From NCBI GenBank assembly GCA_963801675.1, contig CAWDFN010000001.1, positions 1,989,811-2,053,810 on the forward strand: a DNA stretch of 64,000 nt, in the 5' to 3' direction. The stretch comes from an uncultured Planctomycetia bacterium (GTDB lineage Bacteria > Planctomycetota > Planctomycetia > Pirellulales > PALSA-1355). The position numbers were made by a program, and so were the translations under genes. Positions 28,701 to 38,338 of the stretch are shown one piece after another. The stretch's first letter is position 1; each line of letters begins with the position of its first letter. The notes under the pieces are model-generated. The model did no database searches. It was not told the origin of the DNA and saw only the letters and a list, made by a program, of their open reading frames with translations.

Positions 28701-29699
28701 CTACGCCTTCGGCTTGGGCAGGCTCGAGCCCATGCGCTCTTCCCAGCGCTTCATGATCTCTTTCCAGTTCGTGTATAACACCCCTTCGCGTTCGAAGGCG
28801 GCTTTCATCGTGGGGTCGGCGAACATCTGGGCTTCCCAGGCGCGCTGCTGCCAGGTGCCGGTGATGGCCTTCATGGTGTCGGTCAGCACCGAGGGGTGGA
28901 AGATGATCTCGTTCAGGCCCGGCGACAGCGATTGAACCAGCGCGATGAACTTTTCCTTTTTCTCCTCGTACGTCTTGGCCTCGGGCGCGGAATTGAAATC
29001 GTCGAGCTTGGGCAGCTTGTAGGCGGCCAGCAGGGCGATCGACTCGTCGGTGATCGGGTAGCCTTGCTTCTTGAACTTCGCGGTCACGGCCGGCGACTGC
29101 TCGACCACCATCGCCGGAATGCGATATTCCTCGGCGACCTTGAGATAGGCCTTGGTGAAGTCGATCCGCGCGTAGAGCGTGCCCATGTGCGTGTCGATGT
29201 GGCCGGGACGAGTGCCCTTGGCGATGGCGCGTTCGACCTGGGCGCGGATTTCGGCTTCGATCTCCTCAGGCTTGGCACTGCGGGCGGTGTCCAACACGCC
29301 GCGCCATAAGAACCCTTCCTTGTCGACCATGCCCGGCACTTTGTCGCGACCGGCCACCGGTCCCCAGCGATACCACTTCCACTCGCTGTTCATGGCCAGG
29401 TGCAGGCCCAGATCGTAATCGGGGTTGTCCTTGTACCAATCGGCCATCTCGTTGTACCAGGGGCAGGGCACCATCAGCGCCGCCGACTGAATGTGGCCGC
29501 CGGTCAACAAGGCCTTGCCCGCCAGGTTGGCTTCATAGCACATGCCGATGTCGTCGGCATGCAGGATGAGCACCTTCTTGCCGGCCGGATAGCCGAGCTT
29601 CTCGGCCCAAGTCTCGCCGCGCGCCGACTCGATGGCGACAATCGAAAACAATCCCAGCAGCGCGACAAAACGAAACCGGCCGAACGAAAGATTGAACAT
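28701..29699 (-). CDS. YdjC/ChbG-like carbohydrate deacetylase family protein, secreted
   Basis: LILHADDIGMCYEANLAG...SAALMVPCPW...DLGLHL...PGHIDTHMG fits the YdjC pattern. Confidence 0.65.
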   Translation of the reverse strand: MFNLSFGRFRFVALLGLFSIVAIESARGETWAEKLGYPAGKKVLILHADDIGMCYEANLAGKALLTGGHIQSAALMVPCPWYNEMADWYKDNPDYDLGLHLAMNSEWKWYRWGPVAGRDKVPGMVDKEGFLWRGVLDTARSAKPEEIEAEIRAQVERAIAKGTRPGHIDTHMGTLYARIDFTKAYLKVAEEYRIPAMVVEQSPAVTAKFKKQGYPITDESIALLAAYKLPKLDDFNSAPEAKTYEEKKEKFIALVQSLSPGLNEIIFHPSVLTDTMKAITGTWQQRAWEAQMFADPTMKAAFEREGVLYTNWKEIMKRWEERMGSSLPKPKA

Positions 29700-29815
29700 G
29701 GCGAGAGCAACCTCAGTTTTAGATGGACGTCATGGTGATTGGCGAGACTGATTCTGGATGCGGTGGCGACGGCAGTCAAGCTGCCTGCTTCCGTATTTCC
29801 TGGACGGAATTCATG

Positions 29816-29928
29816 AACCACCAAGGCACCAAGAACACCAAGGAAGGATGAAGGCGGAAGGATGAAGGATGAAAAAGGAACAACCCGGAATGTCAAATCT
29901 TCTTGGTGTTCTTGGTGCCTTGGTGGTT
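29816..29928. repeat. long hairpin element (arms AACCACCAAGGCACCAAGAACACCAAGGA / TCTTGGTGTTCTTGGTGCCTTGGTGGTT; core GGATGAAGGCGGAAGGATGAAGGATGAAAAAGG)
   Basis: Its core is the reverse complement of the core of the 13683-13891 element. It lies between two same-strand genes. Confidence 0.7.
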
Positions 29929-29955
29929 AGTCTTCTTCGGCTCTGGGACCGGCGT

Positions 29956-31029
29956 TTACTTCGCCTTCTCACCGCCCAAGATGGCCGATTCGTCGAACGT
30001 GGCGTGATTGATCACGCTGCGCTTGTAGGAGGTGTAGATCAGGTGAATCTTGCCGTCTTTCGCTTGGATCGCGTAGGGATAGGCGTAGTCGTGGTCGCCG
30101 ACGGCCACGTCGCGCTGGAACGGATAGGTCTTGTCGGCGTCGGTCGAGATGGCCACCGTCAGCGGCGTGCGTTCGGTACCGCTGTTGTCGTAAACGAGCA
30201 TCAGGTGGCCGTTTTGCAATTTCAGAAAATCGACCGCGGCGTTGGGATTGGGAAACTTCGTGTCCTTGCCTTCGCTCCAGGTTCGGCCGCCGTCGCGCGA
30301 TTCGCTGCGAATGATGAACCCCTCGGTGCCGGGCCCGTAGCCGCCGCCGCGACGGCAATAGGCCACCAGGTAGTCGTTGGTGATCTGAGCCACCGACGGC
30401 TGAATGTTGCCCTTGGGCGAATGGATGCGGTTGGTCTCGCTCCATTTCTTTTGCCTGGGATTGAAGCGCATGAACAACGACGTGCTGTCGGCGCCGACGA
30501 TTTCGGTGTCGTGACCCGTTTCGCGGTAGACCGGCAGCAGATAGTCGCCGTCGGACAGCAGCAGCGGACGGCTGCGGACCATCATGCCCTCTTCCAGAGC
30601 CACCAGGAACGAGTCGCTCCAGGTTTCGGCGTTGTCGCGCGACAGCTTGGCTTTGATTCGCGAGGTGCTCCAGGTGTCGCCGAAGCGGCAGACGTAGAAC
30701 AGCCACGCAACGCCATCGGGCGCTTGCCAGACGACGGCGTTGCCGTCGGAGTAGAAAGGCGTGTCGGCGATGATCTTCGGGCTCGACCACCTCGTCTGGC
30801 CTTTTTTCTTCCGCATGCCGTAGACAGCCGTCACTTCGGCATATTCTCCGTCGCCGCCGTAATAGGCAATGTACAAATCGCCGTTGGCCAGTTCCTCGAT
30901 CGTGGCCGGATGCTTGTACTTGCCAGGAAATTCCGTGCCGATCACGCGCTCATAAACGATATCGTCAGCCGCCAACGTCAGCGCGGGCAGCAAGGCGATC
31001 ACAACAAACGCAAAAACGACTTTCGTCAC
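29956..31029 (-). CDS. BNR/Asp-box repeat sialidase-like glycoside hydrolase, secreted
   Basis: Asp-boxes SRDNAETWS and SRDGGRTWS are present. A GTG start at 31029 gives VTKVVFAFVVIALLPALTLA (signal) and avoids overlap with the upstream gene. Confidence 0.7.
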   Translation of the reverse strand: MTKVVFAFVVIALLPALTLAADDIVYERVIGTEFPGKYKHPATIEELANGDLYIAYYGGDGEYAEVTAVYGMRKKKGQTRWSSPKIIADTPFYSDGNAVVWQAPDGVAWLFYVCRFGDTWSTSRIKAKLSRDNAETWSDSFLVALEEGMMVRSRPLLLSDGDYLLPVYRETGHDTEIVGADSTSLFMRFNPRQKKWSETNRIHSPKGNIQPSVAQITNDYLVAYCRRGGGYGPGTEGFIIRSESRDGGRTWSEGKDTKFPNPNAAVDFLKLQNGHLMLVYDNSGTERTPLTVAISTDADKTYPFQRDVAVGDHDYAYPYAIQAKDGKIHLIYTSYKRSVINHATFDESAILGGEKAK

Positions 31030-31063
31030 GTGGATCGTCTCCGATGGGGGGCGTGCAGAGCGG

Positions 31064-33121
31064 TTAGTTCGGAAATAAGTCAGCGGCGGTCCATTCCACA
31101 CCGTAGATGCTGAGTTCGTCAATGTTCTCCAACACAACTTCCCGAAAATGCGTCCCCAGTTCGTTGACGATCAACAATGGTCCGATCTTCGGACCACCAC
31201 GAAACGCGGCGGATCGGTATGCCGCAACGGCAACAAATCTGCCGTCCGGCGACCAGCAGGCGGTTTCGGGGCCAACTCGCTCAGGCAGGACAATGGATCG
31301 TTCACTCAATCCATCAACAGCAATCACACGAATGCTCAGGTCGCCCGTTTTTGCATCGAGGTGCTTTGCACACACCACTTTGCCCGTGGGGTGGAAACGC
31401 GGGTACCAGTAGTATTCAAATTTTTTGCGGGCCAGGGGCTTTAGCGCCGTTCCATCGGCGTGGGCGATGTAAAGCTGCGCTCCCGTCGCAGCCGCATGGG
31501 TGTCCCAATGCATCGCGATCCACTTTCCGTCATGCGACACGTCGAACAAGTCGTATAAAGGCGGGATTGATATCTGCTGCTGCTTGACGCCCTCGCTGTC
31601 AATCTTCCAAACTTCATTTTCCTGGCCCCAATACACTTCCCCGTAATAGTCTCTTTGGGCGGGCTTGTTGACGCTTGTGAATAGCGCCTTTCCGTCTTCT
31701 GTCCAAATGGCCAGGCCGGCCGACCCGGCTGCTCCGGTCGCCACACGGCGCGGATTCGCGACAGCTTGCAACGGCAGCAGATTGACTTCCGGCGGTTGCA
31801 AACGCCCGTAAGCAACCCAATTTCCGTCGGGCGACACGCGAGGCGAACACGAATTCCCACTATCGACGAGAACTCTCCATCGGCCGCTGCCAGGTTGGAT
31901 CGCTATCAATCCACTGACCGTCGTTTTGTCGCCACCTTTGTTCGTCGTTAAGTATGCTGAGGCCACAATGGTCCCGGAAAGTTTTTCGCTGAGCGGTTCA
32001 GTCGGTTGAGATCGTTCAACCTTGGCCGTGGGATAGTCGGCGTCGATGGTGCTTGCGAGACGACCGTCTCGCGTCGTCGAATCCATGGGTTCCCAACCCT
32101 TCTCGTGGAACGTCAAAACCATCCGCTGAGTAGTCGTGCCGCTGGGCCAGGAAATACGCCGCTGCAAAGGTTGGTACTTCGCATTTCCGCTTGGCACGAC
32201 GCGGATGTCCAGCCGATCTCCTGCGAACGGTCGCACGCTGAAATGACCTTGAACGTCAGTTTTCGCGGCGACGGCTCCAAGATGCTGATCACCGTTGCTC
32301 CACGAAGTTAGCACCACTGTGGCTGCGGCTGGGGTACCTGTTTCGCCAACAACAACCTGGCCGTCGACATTTCTGTCGAGCTCCGTGCTTATCACAACAG
32401 GGGCCAAATTCTTATCGATCAGAAACTGCCATTTCTGTCGCGCAACACGTTCATCGTCAATTTCAAGAATCACTTCTGTATCGGCGCTAAGGCCTTCCAG
32501 AGCGAACGTGCCGTCGTCGCGCGTGACGGACGGTCGTGGCCACGCTGACAAAAACTCGGGCGGGGTCAAAAACGCAAACCATGGATCGACGCCCTTGGCC
32601 GTCGAACGGATCGAGCAAAGCTTCACGGCCACACCGGGTAGGGGGCGTCCCCGTGGATCAAGCACCCTGCCAGGCAGCGCGACAACTCCATTCAAGCGCA
32701 AAATTGCATCCCGCGTTTCTTTTCCGGATTCCAAGAAGCACCAGGCAAGGCTGTGCCCAGTACGATACGCAAAGACGCAGACATCTTCGGAGGCCTCAAT
32801 CGTGCGGACTTCCATCCGATACCGCCCCAGCTGATCGGTTGTAGCCTTGGCTAGCACGGAACTCATCCTGCTGCCAGCCCGAGGATCATCTTTTGGTCGA
32901 ACGCTCGATACGACCGCGTTTATTTCGGCGTCGGCGAGTGGCTGGCCATTGGAATCAAGCACGGTGCCATGTAAAACAGCGACGTCCTTTTGACGATCAT
33001 TTGCAGTTGCCGCCGGACCGGGTTGTCTGCCCTCTTGGGCCGAATTGGGTTGCGCCAATACAATCGTTGGCGAGATGCTTACGAACAGAGTGGTCAGAAG
33101 GAGATGCAAATAAGCGCGCAT
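31064..33121 (-). CDS. secreted protein with CarboxypepD_reg-like domains and TolB-like (PD40) beta-propeller
   Basis: The internal Met gives MRAYLHLLLTTLFVSISPTIVLA. GTVLDSNGQPLADAEI and GRVLDPRGRPLPGVAV are regulatory-like domain motifs. SPDGNWVAY, SHDGKWIAM and SPDGRFVAV are PD40 repeats. Confidence 0.65.
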   Translation of the reverse strand: MRAYLHLLLTTLFVSISPTIVLAQPNSAQEGRQPGPAATANDRQKDVAVLHGTVLDSNGQPLADAEINAVVSSVRPKDDPRAGSRMSSVLAKATTDQLGRYRMEVRTIEASEDVCVFAYRTGHSLAWCFLESGKETRDAILRLNGVVALPGRVLDPRGRPLPGVAVKLCSIRSTAKGVDPWFAFLTPPEFLSAWPRPSVTRDDGTFALEGLSADTEVILEIDDERVARQKWQFLIDKNLAPVVISTELDRNVDGQVVVGETGTPAAATVVLTSWSNGDQHLGAVAAKTDVQGHFSVRPFAGDRLDIRVVPSGNAKYQPLQRRISWPSGTTTQRMVLTFHEKGWEPMDSTTRDGRLASTIDADYPTAKVERSQPTEPLSEKLSGTIVASAYLTTNKGGDKTTVSGLIAIQPGSGRWRVLVDSGNSCSPRVSPDGNWVAYGRLQPPEVNLLPLQAVANPRRVATGAAGSAGLAIWTEDGKALFTSVNKPAQRDYYGEVYWGQENEVWKIDSEGVKQQQISIPPLYDLFDVSHDGKWIAMHWDTHAAATGAQLYIAHADGTALKPLARKKFEYYWYPRFHPTGKVVCAKHLDAKTGDLSIRVIAVDGLSERSIVLPERVGPETACWSPDGRFVAVAAYRSAAFRGGPKIGPLLIVNELGTHFREVVLENIDELSIYGVEWTAADLFPN

Positions 33122-33436
33122 GGCCCATGCCTCAAGTTGATCGTCACGCATTCCAAAGAAACGAAACCATTTTAATGCCGGGAGCAGCAACCCGAACGCA
33201 TCCCGGCGCCGGGGGAATAACGGCCCATGTCGCGCGGTCTCGGTTCCGCTCTGCGTCGGGCCAAGACCCCGCGGCAAACAACCTGGGTGTCCTGCGACCA
33301 TTATGGATGACTTGCCAGCGGTTTGCGAGCGGGCTCTGAATTCGCTGGATTTCCAATCGGCCGTCGACTAGATTCGCAATCAGCGCCACCTGCGCACCGC
33401 CACCAACACCTGCCCCACACCTTGCCCGAGAGTGCC

Positions 33437-34639
33437 ATGCCGATCATGGCTCGCCTGCTGACTGCCATTTTGCTCGTTGCCGTTTCTGCCGTTGGCGAAC
33501 TTGCCCGGGCAGAAGACACCGGCGCCGGCTCGCTGGTCATTATCGGCGGGGCCCTGCGTTATGCGCAAAATGACGTTTGGAGCCGCATCGTCGAGTTGGC
33601 CGGCGGCGCCGGCGCGAAGATCGGGGTCTTTCCGACCGCCTCGAGCGATCCCTTGAAAAACGGCAGTCGCACCGTCGCCGCGCTGCACGCCGCCGGCGCC
33701 GACGCCTTTCTGGTTCCGCTACGGGTCGTTGTCAACGACCCCCTCCGCGTTAATGGCACCAACCCATCCGGCAACGTCGACGTCGACTACCAGCAAGCCG
33801 CGGCCGATCCCAAGCTCGTCGAACAAATCAAGGGGTGCGGTGGGGTGTACTTCATCGGCGGTTCACAGGAACGAATCACGCTGGCGCTGGGAACCAGTCC
33901 CGGAAATCGCACGCCCCTGCTCGAAGCGATCTGGGACGTCTATCGCCGTGGAGGCGTCGTGGCCGGTTCCAGCGCCGGCGCCGCCGTGATGAGCCACATG
34001 ATGTTTCGCCAGTCGCGCGGCGTGCTGAAGTCGTTGCAGGAGGGCATCAAGGTGGGCCAGGAACTCGCGCCGGGATTGGGCTTTCTGGACTCCGGCTGGT
34101 TTGTCGAGCAGCACTGCCTGACCCGCGGGCGTTTTGGCCGCGCGCTGGTGGCGATGCGAACCCTGGAGCTCAAGTACGGCGTCGGCGTCGACGAAAACAC
34201 GGCCGTCGTCGTGCGGCGCGGCCACGAGATGAGCGTGATCGGCTACAAGGGTGCGATCGTCATGGACCTCTCGCAAGCCACGACCGATCCGGCAATCCAG
34301 GGCTTCAATCTCAAGAACGCCCGGCTGAGCTACCTCGATCACGGCGACGCGTTCGATCTGACCCGTTTGCAGCTGACGCCGTCGGCCGAAAAACGGGCCG
34401 AACCAACGATCGATCCCCAAAGCGCCTCATTCCATCCAGCCCGCGACGACAAGCTGGTGATCGGCGACATCCTGGGCAAGACGGCGCTAGCCGACCTGCT
34501 GGGCAAGCTGATCGACAACCGCCAGAGCGAGGCCATTGGCTTGGCGTTCGACGCAGACGAAGCCCGATTGCGATCAACCGCGGGTTTTGAATTCCGTGAG
34601 GTGGACCCCAAGTGTTGGACAGATTTGGGGCTTGGATAA
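33437..34639 (+). pseudogene. cyanophycinase-like S51 peptidase gene, 3' end displaced by IS3 insertion
   Basis: Signal MPIMARLLTAILLVAVSAVG, then LVIIGGAL, GGVYFIGGSQERIT and VAGSSAGAAVMS (Ser nucleophile). The last 14 codons and the stop are IS sequence. The native sequence resumes at 35975. Confidence 0.8.
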
Positions 34640-34793
34640 GATGTAGTGTCACTGGTGCTGGCGGCCCGTGAGACCCATACCAGGGGTCTCGCGCGGCCGC
34701 GGGCTGCGAGTTCGGTTTCGGCTTTGGAAAATCGTCCCCCTTAAGTCTGCTCTCGGTCAGAACACCGAGCGCGGCGGTTTTCGTCGCGCTCAC

Positions 34794-35600
34794 TTATGCC
34801 GCCGCGCCGAAGTACACTTCCGCCGGCGTGCGGTAGCCCAGGGCCTGGTGGATCCGCCGCTGGCAGTAGAACTCGAAGTAACGCGCCAACGACTGCTGGG
34901 CCTCCCAACCGTCGGCGTAGTCCTTCAGATACACCTCCTCGTACTTCACGCTCCGCCACAGCCGTTCGATGAACACGTTGTCGATCGCTCGCCCGCGGCC
35001 GTCCATCGAGATCGCCACGCCGCACTTCTCCAATCGGCCGGTGAAGGCCGCGGCCGTGAACTGCGATCCCTGATCGCTGTTGAAAATCTCCGGGCGTTTC
35101 CTGGCGAGCGCCTCGTCGAGGGCCTCCAAACAAAAACTCCCTTCCAAGGTGTTCGACAAGCGCCACGCCAACACGTAGCGGCTGAACCAATCGATCACCG
35201 CCGTCAGGTACAAAAAGCCGTGCTGCAGCGGAATGTAGGTGATGTCGCTGGACCACACCTGATCGGGCCGAGTGATCGGCAGATTCCGCAGCAAATACGG
35301 GTAAATCTTGTGTCCGGCGGCCGGCCGCGTCGTGGCTCGTTTCGGATAGATCGCCTCCAAGCCCATGCGCCGCATCAAGCGCTGGGCGCGCTTGCGATTG
35401 ACGCCCAGTTCGAACGCCATCTTGCGGCTGCCGTAAAACGGCGTTTGCAAATACTGTTCGTCGATCCGCTTCATCAGCGCCAGGTTCTCGGCCGTCTCGC
35501 CGACCGGCGCGTGGTACCAGGTGCTGCGGCAGGCCAAGCAGCTCGCACTGCCGGGCGACCGTCAATTGCTGGTGATTGGTGTCGATGCATCGTCGTAATG
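34794..35600 (-). pseudogene. IS3 transposase OrfB (DDE/rve), with an extra internal frameshift
   Basis: ORF 34794..35537 carries the rve core. Its conserved N-terminal piece IDTNHQQLTVARQCELLGL lies in a different frame and joins RSTWYHAPVGE only after an apparent 2-nt loss near 35525. That break is additional to the expected OrfA/OrfB frameshift. Confidence 0.7.
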
Positions 35601-35602
35601 CC

Positions 35603-35890
35603 TCAGGCGAGCTCGGCAGATTTTTGTTTCAACCACTCGACCTCCATCTTCAGGCGGCCGATCTGCTCGAAGAGTTCCTGCTCACTGGCGGCCGTCTCGT
35701 CGCGCCGCATGCGACCGTCCTCGAACAGGCCGGACGCTTGGTCCAAGAGCTGCTTCTTCCAGGCCGTGACCTGGCTGGTATGCACGCTAAACTCGCCGGC
35801 CAACTGGGCCGTCGTCTTGTCACCTCGGACCGCCGCCAAAGCCACCTTGGCCTTGAACGCAGCCCCAAACACCCGCCGCTTCCGCGTCAT
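35603..35890 (-). CDS. IS3 transposase OrfA (HTH)
   Basis: 95 aa. MTRKRRVFGAAFKAKVALAAVRGDKTTAQLAGEFSVHTSQVTAWKKQLL. Confidence 0.85.
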   Translation of the reverse strand: MTRKRRVFGAAFKAKVALAAVRGDKTTAQLAGEFSVHTSQVTAWKKQLLDQASGLFEDGRMRRDETAASEQELFEQIGRLKMEVEWLKQKSAELA

Positions 35891-35974
35891 GCTGGCACAC
35901 TCCTGATTCGGCCGTTCCCGCTCCCGGAAACCACACCTTATCAGCGCGCCCAGTTTTTGGGGTCCACCTCACCG

Positions 35975-36098
35975 TTTCTATCGCGCCGCCGACAGCCTCG
36001 GCTGGTTCACCTCGGCCGGCGGTGGTGCCGACTACACCGTGTCCAACATCCATCTCGACGTCCGCCCCATCGAAATCGCCGGCCCGCTGTTTAAGTAG
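35975..36098 (+). pseudogene. displaced 3' end of the cyanophycinase-like gene
   Basis: Removing the IS and one CCG copy joins ...STAGFEFR to FYRAADSLGWFTSAGGGADYTVSNIHLDVRPIEIAGPLFK* in frame. Confidence 0.8.
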
Positions 36099-36116
36099 CG
36101 CTTCCAAAAAAACGGA

Positions 36117-36280
36117 TTAGCCACAGAGCTCACAGAGGCCACAGAGAAGCACGGAGAGAAGGATTGAAATTCACAAAAGTCTGCAATTGTTCGACAATGA
36201 CCTCCAACCTTTGTACCTCTTCGTGTCTCTCTGGAATTCTTCGTACCTCTTCGTAACTCTCTGTGCCCTCTGTGGCTAAT
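36117..36280. repeat. long hairpin element of the CCACAGAG family
   Basis: The arms are ATTAGCCACAGAGCTCACAGAGGCCACAGAG (36117-36147) and CTCTGTGCCCTCTGTGGCTAAT (36258-36280). Confidence 0.65.
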
Positions 36281-36306
36281 CTTCCGTAATTCGTAATCCA
36301 TCACTT

Positions 36307-37083
36307 CTAGCGCAGCTCGCGCCAGGCGGCCATTCCGCTTTCCGGCAGCGATTTGCGATAGTAGCCCTGGATCGGAATCTGGAACGCTCGATCTTCGGCA
36401 TGCTTTCGCATGACCACAAACAGCATGGCGTTGTCGGGAATCTGCTTGCCCCTCATCAAACCATACAACGTCTCTCGATCGCGAAGCTGGACAATCGACC
36501 GGTCGTTGATCTGGGTGATGAAGATGCCAAGCATCGAATATCCGTTGGCCTCGGCCAGGTCGAAGAACAGGGTCGGTTGCAGGGTGTAAAATCCATGATC
36601 GATCCAGCCCGTGAAGGGGCTCTCGTGCATCATCATGCCCCCCGGCACCGTGTAATCGTGGATCGTGCGAAAGACCTGCGCGATGTTGAAGATGTGCTCC
36701 GCCGTTCCATGGTTGATGACCACGTCGAAGCGGCGGTCGAGCACCACCGGCAAATTCAGGTCGAGTCGCTTTGCGATCGCCGTACCCTCGAAATCGATTG
36801 CCTGCATCTCGAACGGCGTGAAGAACAGCTCGTAATAAATCTTGGCGATTGCGAACACCCACTTGCGGTCTTCGAGGCCCACTAGCTCCGTGATCCGTTG
36901 CACCAGCGCGTCGCGACGAACCGGGTCGGCCACGAACCGCTTGACGTCGTCGGCCAAGGCCATCGGATTGATGTCGCCGTACCAATTGGCTTCGCCAACT
37001 TCAAGCAAGGCTCCATTCGTCGGCAGCAAACCCCGTTGGAACAGGTCGCGAGTAATGTAGTACTGGGTCGTGGATATCGCCAT
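36307..37083 (-). CDS. class I SAM-dependent methyltransferase
   Basis: 258 aa with LLEVGEANWYGD (motif I-like), FDVVINHGTAEHI and PGGMMMHESP. Confidence 0.65.
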   Translation of the reverse strand: MAISTTQYYITRDLFQRGLLPTNGALLEVGEANWYGDINPMALADDVKRFVADPVRRDALVQRITELVGLEDRKWVFAIAKIYYELFFTPFEMQAIDFEGTAIAKRLDLNLPVVLDRRFDVVINHGTAEHIFNIAQVFRTIHDYTVPGGMMMHESPFTGWIDHGFYTLQPTLFFDLAEANGYSMLGIFITQINDRSIVQLRDRETLYGLMRGKQIPDNAMLFVVMRKHAEDRAFQIPIQGYYRKSLPESGMAAWRELR

Positions 37084-37090
37084 TGTAATC

Positions 37091-38122
37091 CTACTCGTCG
37101 TACAAGAGCACTTTCGTTTTGCCGTCGCTCCTCGCGTAGCCGCGGTACAGGCCCTCGCAGTTGTAGGGCGCGGCGAAATTGCCCTTGGCGTCCAGCGCGA
37201 TCACGCCTCCGTCGCCGCCGGCCTCCTTGAGCTTGCGCCGCACGACCAGTTCGGACGCCGCCGCGACGCCGAGACCCTTGTATTTCATCAGCGCATTGAT
37301 GTCGTGCGCCACCGCGTAGCGAATGAAATACTCACCGTGACCAGTGGCCGAAACGGCACAGCCGTCGTTGTCGGCGTACGTGCCCGCGCCGATGATCGGC
37401 GAGTCTCCCAGGCGGCCGAACATCTTGTTCGAGATGCCGCCCGTCGAAGTCCCGGCCGCCAGATTGCCCGAGCGGTCCAGCGCCACCGCGCCGACCGTGC
37501 TCCACGGCTGGGCGGGCGCGGCCGGCGCGTCCGCCTTGGCGCCATTCTTGTTCGCGCGCTCGGCTTCCTTCTTCCACACCTCTTGAATTTGCCGCCAGCG
37601 AGGTTCGGTCCAGAAGTACGACGGGTCGACGATTTCGAGGCCGGCCTTGGTGGCGAACACTTCGGCCCCGCGCCCGACCAGCATCACGTGGGGCGATTTT
37701 TCCATCACGGCTCGGGCCGCGGAAATGGGATTCTTGATGATCGTAACGCTCCCCACCGCGCCGGCCCGCTTGCTCTTGCCCTCCATGATTGAAGCATCCA
37801 ATTCGTTGCGGCCTTCGTGCGTGAACACGGCCCCCTTGCCGGCATTGAAATGCGGCGAATCTTCCAGTATATGAATGGCGGCTTCGACCGCGTCGAGGCC
37901 GGTCGCCTCGGGTTTGGCCAACGCCGCCGCGCCGGCTTCCAGCGCCCGCTGCAAATCGGCCCGCAGCGCCTTTTCAAGCGCCGGCGTCATCTCCTTCTTA
38001 GGCACGCCCGTGCCGCCATGCACGCCCAAAACGACATTCGCCACCGGCGCCTCGTCGGCCAACGCGGCAAGCGCGGGCAGCGCGGCCAACAACGCTACCG
38101 AGAGAATGAAGCGGTTCGACAT
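37091..38122 (-). CDS. isoaspartyl peptidase / L-asparaginase (Ntn hydrolase), secreted
   Basis: These are the last 343 aa of ORF 37091..39520, starting MSNRFILSVALLAALPALAALA. LGVHGGTG, the autoprocessing site STVGAVALD, GTSTGG and GDSPIIGAG are present. The upstream part of the long ORF is antisense to rlmI and is not credible. Confidence 0.85.
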   Translation of the reverse strand: MSNRFILSVALLAALPALAALADEAPVANVVLGVHGGTGVPKKEMTPALEKALRADLQRALEAGAAALAKPEATGLDAVEAAIHILEDSPHFNAGKGAVFTHEGRNELDASIMEGKSKRAGAVGSVTIIKNPISAARAVMEKSPHVMLVGRGAEVFATKAGLEIVDPSYFWTEPRWRQIQEVWKKEAERANKNGAKADAPAAPAQPWSTVGAVALDRSGNLAAGTSTGGISNKMFGRLGDSPIIGAGTYADNDGCAVSATGHGEYFIRYAVAHDINALMKYKGLGVAAASELVVRRKLKEAGGDGGVIALDAKGNFAAPYNCEGLYRGYARSDGKTKVLLYDE

Positions 38123-38338
38123 GCGCGAAGCTCTCAAAAAGAAGGGTAACAGGATCGGCCGAGCGGACCGGTTCAAGATAAGCCCCCCGCGAAACCCACG
38201 CAACGCCGGAAGCCACGTAGCCAAATCGATCCAGCACAGCACTGCCGCGCTACTGCCCACCCTTGCACGGCCTGACCGACTGCGGGATGATGAGGGGGCC
38301 TCTCGCACCTCGCTTTTTCCTCGGGATCCAATCGTCCG

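Larger units (their letters stand above)
34597..35971 (-). mobile_element. IS3-family insertion sequence (1375 bp) with 15-bp perfect terminal inverted repeats and 3-bp CCG target duplication
   Basis: The left end is TGAGGTGGACCCCAA at 34597-34611. The right end is TTGGGGTCCACCTCA at 35957-35971. CCG flanks both ends (34594-34596 and 35972-35974). Confidence 0.85.
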
